NCBI RefSeq assembly: GCF_000260965.1
Contig: NC_017856.1
Location: 1,290,001 to 1,322,000 of the forward strand
DNA length: 32,000 nucleotides
Direction: 5' to 3'
From: Methylophaga frappieri
Lineage (GTDB): Bacteria > Pseudomonadota > Gammaproteobacteria > Nitrosococcales > Methylophagaceae
Part shown: positions 10,050-17,429 of the stretch, piece by piece
How the letters are laid out: each line of letters begins with the position of its first letter
How positions within the stretch are numbered: the first letter of the stretch is position 1
Notes under the pieces: model-generated
Told to the model about the DNA's origin: nothing
The model's input: the letters and a program-made list of their open reading frames with translations, nothing else
Database searches by the model: none
Translations under genes and position numbers: made by a program

Positions 10050-10223
10050 ACTCAATTGAGTTACTTATTAGCTCAGGGGTTATGGCCGCATTACGGCTTA
10101 CCACTGCCTAATGCTAGGCTATTGGCAGCAGCAAAATAATGGCATAAAGTCTGCATTACCCATAGTAATTGTCATCGTCATTTTATTGACGGTTAGTTTT
10201 AGTTCGAAGTTGAGGCTGAGCGC

Positions 10224-10703
10224 ATGAGCAAAGCGGAAAAAGTTGATAATGAAGATCCGGTGCTGCAGTGGGTCACCTTCCACTTGGCTGAAGAAATTTA
10301 TGGCATCAATGTCATGCGGGTGCAAGAAGTACTGAGAACAACTGAAATCGCGCCTGTGCCAGGCGCAGCTGACTATGTGCTCGGCATTATCAATCTTCGA
10401 GGCAATGTCGTGACCGTGATTGATACCCGACTACGATTTGGATTGCCGGCGACACAACCAAATGACGCGGCACGCATTATCGTTGTCGAAGTTTCCGGTA
10501 ACGTTATCGGTATGCTGGTCGATAGTGTGACAGAGGTAGTGTATTTACGTCAGTCTGAGATCGATACAGCACCATCGGTCAGCAGCGATGATGTATCTCG
10601 ATTTATTCAGGGTGTTTGCAGTCGCACTGATAATTTATTGATCCTCGTCGATGTCAATAAGCTGCTCATTGATAATGACATAGCAGAAGGTATCCATGCT
10701 TAG
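10224..10703 (+). CDS. cheW: Chemotaxis coupling protein CheW
   Basis: 159 aa single CheW domain (WVTFHLAEEIYGINVMRVQEVL...PGAADYVLGIINLRGNVVTVIDTR). GAGG Shine-Dalgarno upstream. Confidence 0.9.
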   Translation: MSKAEKVDNEDPVLQWVTFHLAEEIYGINVMRVQEVLRTTEIAPVPGAADYVLGIINLRGNVVTVIDTRLRFGLPATQPNDAARIIVVEVSGNVIGMLVDSVTEVVYLRQSEIDTAPSVSSDDVSRFIQGVCSRTDNLLILVDVNKLLIDNDIAEGIHA

Positions 10704-10709
10704 GTTGTT

Positions 10710-10883
10710 ATGGCAGACGACATCAAACCCTTGGCACCAACTGAACCAGGCAAACCGCCGGTACAGGGTGGTGATGAACAAGGTGGACAACCACCAACAT
10801 CGTCTCCCAATCAGTCGAAACACCCCTCCCCAAATTCGCCACCTAAGCCGGCTGATGATGGCTTGATTGATGAATATGTATGA
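10710..10883 (+). CDS. Hypothetical small Pro/Gln/Ser-rich acidic protein (57 aa), absent from the supplied track (below its length cutoff)
   Basis: My own translation is ATG 10710 ... TGA 10881-10883: MADDIKPLAPTEPGKPPVQGGDEQGGQPPTSSPNQSKHPSPNSPPKPADDGLIDEYV. It nearly fills the 199-nt cheW-DUF2802 spacer and ends 19 nt before the next ATG. The Shine-Dalgarno is weak and the composition is low-complexity, so coding status is uncertain. Confidence 0.3.
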   Translation: MADDIKPLAPTEPGKPPVQGGDEQGGQPPTSSPNQSKHPSPNSPPKPADDGLIDEYV

Positions 10884-10902
10884 TTTCTAAGGAGTCCAGA
10901 TA

Positions 10903-11277
10903 ATGTGGATATACAGTGCATTGGGGCTAATTGTCCTGCTTTTTTCGATGAGTTTATACCGTCTTTACAAACTCCATAAATCGCAGGCCAACGAAATCTT
11001 GACATTACAACAGCAATTGGCTGGGTTATGTGCTGCGGCCGTTGGTTCAGACGAGCGTGTGGTGGCTTTTGAACGCACCTTGCATCAATTAAAAGAACAG
11101 CACGCGTCGTTAGCCGCCGGTAATTTGCATCAACAAGGCTTTGATCACGCTGTTCGATTAGCTCGTAAAGGAACCAGCGTAGGTCATATCATGGAAAGCT
11201 GTAATCTGAGCGACGAAGAAGCCCGATTAATCAGTCGTCTGCATGGTCAGCAAAAAACGGTGTCCGATCTGCATTGA
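10903..11277 (+). CDS. DUF2802-like small membrane-anchored protein commonly found after cheW in polar-flagellar loci
   Basis: N-terminal TM helix (IYSALGLIVLLFSMSLY), a coiled-coil middle and a C-terminal helix-turn-helix-like segment (GTSVGHIMESCNLSDEEARLISRL). Strong AAGGAG Shine-Dalgarno at 10889-10894. The family assignment is from memory of locus context. Confidence 0.6.
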   Translation: MWIYSALGLIVLLFSMSLYRLYKLHKSQANEILTLQQQLAGLCAAAVGSDERVVAFERTLHQLKEQHASLAAGNLHQQGFDHAVRLARKGTSVGHIMESCNLSDEEARLISRLHGQQKTVSDLH

Positions 11278-13108
11278 TAGCTGTCGGTAACTCACTTTGC
11301 GGTTTGCCAATCAGATAGCCCTGAACATAGTCCACGCCATAACTTTGTAACAAAGCCAATGTGGATTGCCGTTCGACAAATTCGGCGACGACTTGCTTGC
11401 CCAGACTGTGCGCAATATCAATCATTGATTTGACCAGCAGTTGATCGACCGGGTCATTATCCAGATCGGTAATAAAACCACCGTCTATTTTCAAAATATC
11501 AACCGGAAAGTGCTTTAAATAGCTATACGAATTAAAACCGGCCCCAAAATCATCCAGCGCAAACCGACAACCGAGTTGGCGCAGGCTGGAAACCATTCGC
11601 TTGGCCTCTTCATAATTGGATATGGCGGAGGTTTCGGTAATTTCGAATACGACCCGCTCAGGGGCAATACCGGTCTCGGTCAATTTACGTTGCACTAGGG
11701 GATAGAACTCTTGATCCAAGAAAATATTGCCAGATAAATTGATAGCAAAAGACAACGCCGCTGGCAGCGTTTTCATCAGTTCAAATGCCTGATTCACAAC
11801 CCAGAAATCAATTTGCTGAATGAGTCCCATGGCTTCAGCGACGGGAATAAACTCCGCAGGATAAAAAAGCATATCGCCATCACCGCACATGCGAATAAGG
11901 CATTCATAATGATTAATTCGCTGCTCATCCAGCGCATAAATTGGCTGAAATTCCAATACAAACTGTTCTTGCTTTAAGGCCGCACGGATCCGGGGTGCCC
12001 ATTCCACACTATGTCTCAAAGTATGCATTTCCCGATCATCAGGGCTATAAACATGCACCCGATTGCGGCCGCGTTTTTTAGCCGTAAAACAGGCCTGATT
12101 CGCATGTGACAGGATCTCGCCCGAGGTAAGTTGCTCGTCATTTACGATACATTTCACCCCGATACTTGCAGACAAATGATACTGATGCCCATGATGACTA
12201 AAGCTGTATCCATCAAATAAATCCCGCAAACCTTCTGCCCGATTCATCGCAATTTCAGTGTCAATATTGTCCACCAGCACAGCAAACTCATCGGAACCAA
12301 TGCGAACCAGCGTGTCGTGTGTTTTGAAAAATCGACGCAAAGAGTTCGCGACCTGAACCAGCAAGGCATCGCCAGCTTCATGGCCTTCAGCATCATTGAG
12401 TACTTTGAAGCTATCCAAATCAATATAGAACAGCGCGCTGCTGGTCTGAAAATGACGAACCTGCGTCAAACTCAGATCCAGTGCCTGTTCCAGTCGGCGT
12501 CGATTCGATAGTCCGGTCAAATCATCATGGTTAACGGAAAATTGCAGGCGTGCTTCCATCACCCGAAGATTGGCATTTTCTTCTTCAAGCTGTTGCTGAC
12601 GTTGATATTGCTGATCCCGTTCGTGTTTTACCGCCAGTGCCGTCATCACCGTTGGCGGCATGGCTTCTGCAGTCAGAGGTCGATACAGCAGGGTTGTGAC
12701 ACCATGACCAAGATCCGTTAATAATTGCTGGTGATCCCAGTTTGTCTCCGGGCTAAGCGCAATGATGGGAATCAGACGCCACTCGTCGAATTGATCCAGC
12801 ATCGACCTTAATTCTCGAGGCGTGGTGCCATGCAAATGACTATCCAGCACGACCAGATCAATCTCACAATGATCTGCACTAATGCCCGTGCGCAAGGCCT
12901 GTAATAATGCCTCATTCCCCTGCGCTGTCTGTATCTGACGAAAGCCACTCAATGATAACAGCGTGCTTAAAAACACCAGTTCTGCAGATTTATCACCGGC
13001 AAGCAAAATATGTTTTTCCAGCAAAATATCGGCATCTTTAGGTGACAACGGCCCGGTCAGCGTTGTTAACGCATCACTGTCGATCTGGGTTGTCGGCGTG
13101 TGATCCAC
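11231..13108 (-). CDS. Receiver-GGDEF-EAL protein, probable c-di-GMP phosphodiesterase with atypical REC and degenerate GGDEF
   Basis: The REC-like N-terminus has ILLAGD, DLVVLDSH, IIALS and LYRPL. The GGDEF domain carries GSDEF in RIGSDEFAVLV. The EAL domain has ECLIR, NLS, FEITE, DDFGAGFNSYSYL, KIDG, AEFVE and QGY. The GTG start at 13108 has no clear Shine-Dalgarno, so the exact start is uncertain. Confidence 0.85.
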   Translation of the reverse strand: MDHTPTTQIDSDALTTLTGPLSPKDADILLEKHILLAGDKSAELVFLSTLLSLSGFRQIQTAQGNEALLQALRTGISADHCEIDLVVLDSHLHGTTPRELRSMLDQFDEWRLIPIIALSPETNWDHQQLLTDLGHGVTTLLYRPLTAEAMPPTVMTALAVKHERDQQYQRQQQLEEENANLRVMEARLQFSVNHDDLTGLSNRRRLEQALDLSLTQVRHFQTSSALFYIDLDSFKVLNDAEGHEAGDALLVQVANSLRRFFKTHDTLVRIGSDEFAVLVDNIDTEIAMNRAEGLRDLFDGYSFSHHGHQYHLSASIGVKCIVNDEQLTSGEILSHANQACFTAKKRGRNRVHVYSPDDREMHTLRHSVEWAPRIRAALKQEQFVLEFQPIYALDEQRINHYECLIRMCGDGDMLFYPAEFIPVAEAMGLIQQIDFWVVNQAFELMKTLPAALSFAINLSGNIFLDQEFYPLVQRKLTETGIAPERVVFEITETSAISNYEEAKRMVSSLRQLGCRFALDDFGAGFNSYSYLKHFPVDILKIDGGFITDLDNDPVDQLLVKSMIDIAHSLGKQVVAEFVERQSTLALLQSYGVDYVQGYLIGKPQSELPTAINADRTPFFADHADD

Positions 13109-13236
13109 TGGTATTTCGGCAACATAAAGAAGATATTGATACCGAAAATAGCTTTTTTATATATTAAAATCAATACTTAATATTAATTATATAAAGCAAT
13201 TTATAAGTTTTATGCAGCGACAGACGCTAACGTTGG
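13109..13236 (-). promoter_or_regulatory. AT-rich intergenic spacer, probable promoter/regulatory region for the REC-GGDEF-EAL gene
   Basis: By my count 13141-13210 has only 10 G/C in 70 nt, against roughly balanced composition elsewhere. It contains the perfect palindrome TTAATATTAA (13177-13186) and several TATA(T/A) runs. I could not place a confident -35/-10 or sigma-28 match. Confidence 0.3.
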
Positions 13237-13539
13237 CTAAATTTCATCGTGCGCTGAATTAGCATTTTTAGACTGACGCTCGGGTACTTTTCCTGATACC
13301 CAATAAGCATAGGCCAGTACTTCGGCTATCACTTGATACAAAACCGGCGGAACCGACTCGCCTAGCTCCAGATCCTTTAATAATGCGGTCAAACCACTAT
13401 CCTGATGTAATGGAATATTATGTTCGCGAGCAATTCGAATGATTTCCTCCGCCATAGCACCCTCACCCGCTGCCGACACGGTTGGCGCGCTATCACCATC
13501 GTAATGTAAGGCGATTGCCCTCGTTGGTTTTTGACTCAT
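13237..13539 (-). CDS. Standalone FlhB C-terminal-domain-like protein (EscU/YscU/HrcU/FlhB switch-domain family)
   Basis: The 100-aa sequence aligns by eye with the post-cleavage FlhB-CC fragment: KPTRAIALHYDGDSAPTVSAAGEGAMAEEIIRIAREHNIPLHQDSGLTALL...VPPVLYQVIAEVLAYAY. It has no TM region. Its ATGA overlaps the stop of the upstream FliK-like gene. Confidence 0.8.
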   Translation of the reverse strand: MSQKPTRAIALHYDGDSAPTVSAAGEGAMAEEIIRIAREHNIPLHQDSGLTALLKDLELGESVPPVLYQVIAEVLAYAYWVSGKVPERQSKNANSAHDEI

Positions 13540-15113
13540 ATTGTAATATCGACCAATGCGTTACCTTGTTGACCCAGTTCCGCCGCATCCAGCCAATCCA
13601 CATGACCTTTGCGACAAGTACATTTCGTCACGGTTAAACCCAGCTCGGTCAGTCGTGTTTGTAAAATGGCTAAATCCTGCGTTAACAAGTCCACGACCGC
13701 CGTTGTTTCGGCTATCAAAATCAATTTCAGATAGGGCATTTGCAAACTGAGATTGGCCTGAATTCGACCTAACTGTGCGGTATCCAGATTGACACTAATC
13801 TCCCAGTTATCCTGCTGATCCGATTCTGCCTGACCTTGCTGAAAATACAGCTGTACCCAATTAAGTTGCTGTTTATCACGGACCGGGATATCCAGCAGCC
13901 ATGGCTGCCCCCCCCCTGTTGGCGTATTTTCTGCTTCACGAACCATGGTTAACTGATTAAGTTGAATCCGGCTCAATGTCTGCCCCGTCTCGCGTAATAG
14001 CAATTGTAAACGGGCCAGTTCTGTGGCCGCATTCACGGCTTGTTCAGCACCACTTGCCGCTGTATTTGCCGATCCGACAACACCTTGCATTGGGGCTGTC
14101 AATTGGCTTCCGAGTAACTGCGTTAATAGTCTGATCGGTGCCTGCCCTTGTTTTAACCAGTTTTCCCGAAATTGTGTCGGCAACGTGTTTAACAACTGGG
14201 GCTGACTTAACAGTTGAATTAATCGATCCCGCACTTCGACAGGCAACGTCCCTGAAAGGGTCTGTGTTTGTGCACGTTGTTGTTGAATTGCTTGTTCAAC
14301 TGCGGCGGTCAAGCGCAGTAAATTACCTTTGAAGTCTTGACTAACCGATTGTTGCTGACTGAGTTGACTCTCCAGAAATACGCCTGAGTGTTGAATAGCC
14401 TGCTGTAATTTTCCCGCTTCGCTAATCGACATTGGATTCGGCAGTGATTGGACTAGCTGGCGAATCACAGTCTGTACCGGTGAACCGACAGTTGTTGAGG
14501 ACAATGCATTCCCACTGGGCGTAAAAAGACCCCGCAACGTGGGTGGTGGAGAGACAAACTGACTCAATAACTGTTTATGCAACGTCTCCACTATGGTGAC
14601 CGCCGGGCGTACAGCAACCGATAAAGGTTCGGTTCGTAGGATTTCCAGAAGTAACGGGCTACCCGAACGCAACAAGGCGGTTGGCATCGTGTCTCGTAAT
14701 CGACTGATATCTAGTTGTATTTCATCTGGTAAACCCGGTTGTGGTGAGCGCAAGCGGACCAAAACCTGATCCCCAGACAATATTTGACTAATCTCAACGG
14801 GCAACTGTAATCCAGGTTGCAAGGTCAGTGCTTGGCTGACCGGTATGGGTCGCCCTGTGGCCGTTAACAATAATATCTGGTTTGCCGACGTCCGCTCCAG
14901 TATCAGTGACTGTCCAGGCTGGAGCGGCAATGCAGAACGGATCTGCAATTGACGATCTGCCAACTGTAATGTCACGAGGTTGCCTTGCTCGATCAGGATA
15001 ACCCTCGCTTCACGTTGCTCACCAATAGCAATACCACTCAGGCTACGCTGGGTATTTTCAACCTGAACCAGACTGGCGGCGGTAGGCTGCGATGTCACCT
15101 GCATGCTATTCAC
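13536..15113 (-). CDS. FliK-like (flagellar hook-length control C-terminal domain) Gln/Leu-rich protein
   Basis: The 525-aa protein is Q/L/T/S-rich and largely low-complexity. Its C-terminal block (PWLLDIPVRDKQQLNWVQLYF...WEISVNLDTAQLGRIQANLSLQ...DLLTQDLAILQTRLTELGLTV) resembles the Flg_hook/FliK C-terminal domain. It is translationally coupled to the FlhB-CC-like gene. Confidence 0.65.
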   Translation of the reverse strand: MNSMQVTSQPTAASLVQVENTQRSLSGIAIGEQREARVILIEQGNLVTLQLADRQLQIRSALPLQPGQSLILERTSANQILLLTATGRPIPVSQALTLQPGLQLPVEISQILSGDQVLVRLRSPQPGLPDEIQLDISRLRDTMPTALLRSGSPLLLEILRTEPLSVAVRPAVTIVETLHKQLLSQFVSPPPTLRGLFTPSGNALSSTTVGSPVQTVIRQLVQSLPNPMSISEAGKLQQAIQHSGVFLESQLSQQQSVSQDFKGNLLRLTAAVEQAIQQQRAQTQTLSGTLPVEVRDRLIQLLSQPQLLNTLPTQFRENWLKQGQAPIRLLTQLLGSQLTAPMQGVVGSANTAASGAEQAVNAATELARLQLLLRETGQTLSRIQLNQLTMVREAENTPTGGGQPWLLDIPVRDKQQLNWVQLYFQQGQAESDQQDNWEISVNLDTAQLGRIQANLSLQMPYLKLILIAETTAVVDLLTQDLAILQTRLTELGLTVTKCTCRKGHVDWLDAAELGQQGNALVDITI

Positions 15114-15169
15114 CTGAAAACTATGACAATGCTAGTATAGCAAGGGTCAGCGTTAGTGAAGACGCCCTT

Positions 15170-16063
15170 ATGCATCGATTACAAGGCAAGTGGTTTACCC
15201 GACATTCAGGTGAAGTCAAAGGCCCTTTCACGATTGCTTTGTTAAAAAGCAATCTGTTACTGGGCCGTCTGACTGGTGAAACGGAAGTCAGTCAGGACAA
15301 CGTTAACTGGCAGCCATTGCGTGACCTACCGCAACTGGCTGAACTCGTTGACGTCTTTCCTGACGATGTTCCTTCCAGCCAGGTAGCCAAGCATCATGAT
15401 GAGCGGGATGGCTTTGACCGGCGAAAGTCAGCAACGACCGCAGCACAACGACAACTCCGAAAACAGCAGCGTCGAATGCAGGAGCCATTAGATCGCATTT
15501 TACAACGGCAGCTTCGCACCCGTCTGCGAAGACATTTTCGTCCCAAGCCCCAACGCTGGCGATTGGCAGCGACAGTCTTCAGTTTGCTGGTGGTCAGTCT
15601 GTTTGGTTTGGCCTGGTTGTATCCGGCGCCATTCCCAGTAAGCGAAAGTGATTGCCTGACGCCTGCGGAGCCGGGTGTGAACTGGGAAAACTGTGTTTTT
15701 GCGGCACCCGATCTCTCCGGTAAAAATTTACAGCAGGCAAATTTACGCAACAGCGTCTTTGCCACTGGCAATTTTATGAATAGCAATTTGCACTCAGCTG
15801 ATCTGATGTACAGCGATTTAAGTCGAGCCGACCTGAGCTACACAGATCTACGGGCAGCCAGACTCAAAGGCGCAGATTTACGACAAACCGATTTGCAAAA
15901 CAGTCAACTCCAGAGCAGTGATTTGAGTTTTGCAGATTTAACTGGTGCCCGCATTGGTGGTGCTGATTTCACTGGTGCGGTGCTTTCCGGCACCATCTGG
16001 ATTAATGGTCAGACCTGCCATCAGGGTAGTGTCGGTGTGTGTTTGCCCAGTCCAGACAATTAA
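15170..16063 (+). CDS. Membrane protein with N-terminal GYF_2 (DUF4339)-like domain, Arg-rich linker, one TM helix and a C-terminal pentapeptide-repeat domain
   Basis: GYF_2-like segment KWFTRHSGEVKGPFTIALLKSNLLLGRLTGETEVSQDNVNWQPLRDLPQL. A basic linker rich in R/Q follows, then the TM helix LAATVFSLLVVSLFGLAWL. About 19 A(D/N)LXX-type pentapeptides run from ANLRNSVFATGNFMNSNLHSADLMYSDLSRADLSYTDLRAARLKGADLRQTDL onward. I chose ATG 15170 because the track start at 15092 would overlap the divergent FliK-like start. Confidence 0.75.
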   Translation: MHRLQGKWFTRHSGEVKGPFTIALLKSNLLLGRLTGETEVSQDNVNWQPLRDLPQLAELVDVFPDDVPSSQVAKHHDERDGFDRRKSATTAAQRQLRKQQRRMQEPLDRILQRQLRTRLRRHFRPKPQRWRLAATVFSLLVVSLFGLAWLYPAPFPVSESDCLTPAEPGVNWENCVFAAPDLSGKNLQQANLRNSVFATGNFMNSNLHSADLMYSDLSRADLSYTDLRAARLKGADLRQTDLQNSQLQSSDLSFADLTGARIGGADFTGAVLSGTIWINGQTCHQGSVGVCLPSPDN

Positions 16064-16068
16064 CAGTA

Positions 16069-16449
16069 TTAATGTAATGTCTGCGGCATGGCCAATGTGA
16101 AGGCTGGAATGTCCACCGCGAAGCGAACCCCATCATCATTGAGCATCGTATACTGGCCCTGCATCATCCCTACGGGCGTATCCAGCATCGCAGCACTGGT
16201 ATAGGTAAACTGTTCCGTCGGCGCCAGGTAAGGATGTTGACCCACGACACCATCACCTTCAACCTCCTGCTCATGACCATCACCGCCGGTGATTTTCCAA
16301 TATCGAGACAGCAAGCGTGCGGGTATTAAGCCCACATTTTCAATGGTAATCGTGTAGGCAAATAGGTATCGAGACCGAGCCGGATCAGACTCAGACTCAA
16401 GATAGGTTGTTTTTACGGCTACCCGAATTTGATTACTTTCATCAGTCAT
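16069..16449 (-). CDS. apaG: ApaG (DUF525) protein
   Basis: The 126-aa sequence has typical ApaG blocks: YLFAYTITIENVG, QLLSRYWKITGGDG-like RLLSRYWKITGGDGHEQEVEGDGVVGQHPYL, FTYTS and GMMQGQYTM. Confidence 0.9.
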   Translation of the reverse strand: MTDESNQIRVAVKTTYLESESDPARSRYLFAYTITIENVGLIPARLLSRYWKITGGDGHEQEVEGDGVVGQHPYLAPTEQFTYTSAAMLDTPVGMMQGQYTMLNDDGVRFAVDIPAFTLAMPQTLH

Positions 16450-16457
16450 AGAGTCGA

Positions 16458-17426
16458 TTATACCGCGCTTTGCCGCGCATGCATGGCTGCACCCAACAAA
16501 CCAGTATTCTGTTGCAGGATAAGGTAAACCGGGATCGCTGCCATTATCGGTTGCATTCTGCCTTTGGCCTGAAAATGTTTAATAAAATCACCTGTCTCAA
16601 AAAATGTGTGATTTTTAGCGACAATACCACCAGCCAGAAACAAGCCACCCCGCGGCATAATAGTGAGCGCCAGATTTCCTGCCTGAGCAGCATATAACTG
16701 AACAAATAAGGCCATTGCTGCTTTTGACAGGGGATCATCCTGATGGGCAAGCTCACTGATTTGCATCGCCGCATCCCGGTCTGCATCCAATGACGCTGAC
16801 AACGGATACTGCTTGGCAAGAAACGCATAAATTTCCTGAAGCCCCGCACCAGAAACTAACCTTTCATTGGAAACATGCGGCCAGCGTTGCCACAATGATG
16901 CCAACAATGCCTGTTGCTGCGCATCAGCCGGCGCAAAGTCAGTATGACCACCTTCCGTCGCCCATACCTGCCAACCATTTGCATCAGGCGTCATATAGGC
17001 CTGCCCTAACCCTGTTCCTGCGCCGATCACGGCTCTAGGCGCACTCAACGCTACGTCACCTGTCTGCAAAATCCGTAAATCATCCGTCGTCAATTGCGCA
17101 ATACCCGCTGCAACCGCAGCAAAATCATTCATCAGCTCAACCTGCTGTATCGGCCATTTTTGACGTAATCTTTCTGCATCCAGTTGCCAAGGTAAATTGG
17201 TCACGTGAGCAACTGTTTTGTTAACCGGCCCGGCAACCGCAAAACAGGCAACCCGAATGGGGAGTAACGTCGACTCGATACGACTAAAAAAATCGGCCAA
17301 AAGTGATTCAAAGTCGGCAAACTCAGCGCTAACGTAATAGTGCTGTAATAACACCTGTTCCTGGCTATCGAATAAGCGCAGTATCGTTTTTGTGCCGCCA
17401 ATATCTGCTGCCAGAAACGTTGCCAT
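16458..17426 (-). CDS. glk: Glucokinase (Glk family)
   Basis: LAADIGGTKT ATP-binding loop, ACFAVAGPV, VTNLPW and LMNDFAAVAAGI blocks typical of bacterial Glk. It starts 3 nt after the pgl stop. Confidence 0.85.
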   Translation of the reverse strand: MATFLAADIGGTKTILRLFDSQEQVLLQHYYVSAEFADFESLLADFFSRIESTLLPIRVACFAVAGPVNKTVAHVTNLPWQLDAERLRQKWPIQQVELMNDFAAVAAGIAQLTTDDLRILQTGDVALSAPRAVIGAGTGLGQAYMTPDANGWQVWATEGGHTDFAPADAQQQALLASLWQRWPHVSNERLVSGAGLQEIYAFLAKQYPLSASLDADRDAAMQISELAHQDDPLSKAAMALFVQLYAAQAGNLALTIMPRGGLFLAGGIVAKNHTFFETGDFIKHFQAKGRMQPIMAAIPVYLILQQNTGLLGAAMHARQSAV

Positions 17427-17429
17427 CGA

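Noticed and set aside
10145-10172. TAAAG(T) at 10145-10149 as a possible sigma-28 -35 element upstream of cheW.
   Set aside because: The sequence 15 nt downstream (GTAATTGT) matches the GCCGATAA -10 consensus at only about 2 of 8 positions. I found no convincing sigma-28, sigma-54 or sigma-70 promoter in this spacer.
15092-15169. N-terminal extension of the pentapeptide-repeat protein suggested by the track start at 15092.
   Set aside because: It would overlap the divergent FliK-like start codon region by 22 nt. The added 26 aa have no features, and the GYF_2-like domain begins right after Met at 15170.
15394-15786. 130-aa minus-strand Arg/Cys-rich ORF inside the pentapeptide-repeat gene. 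Similar overlapping ORFs are 4229..4537, 8197..8532, 19619..19981, 26270..26623 and 2410..2808.
   Set aside because: All lie within and out of frame with, or antisense to, confidently assigned genes. None shows a domain signature.
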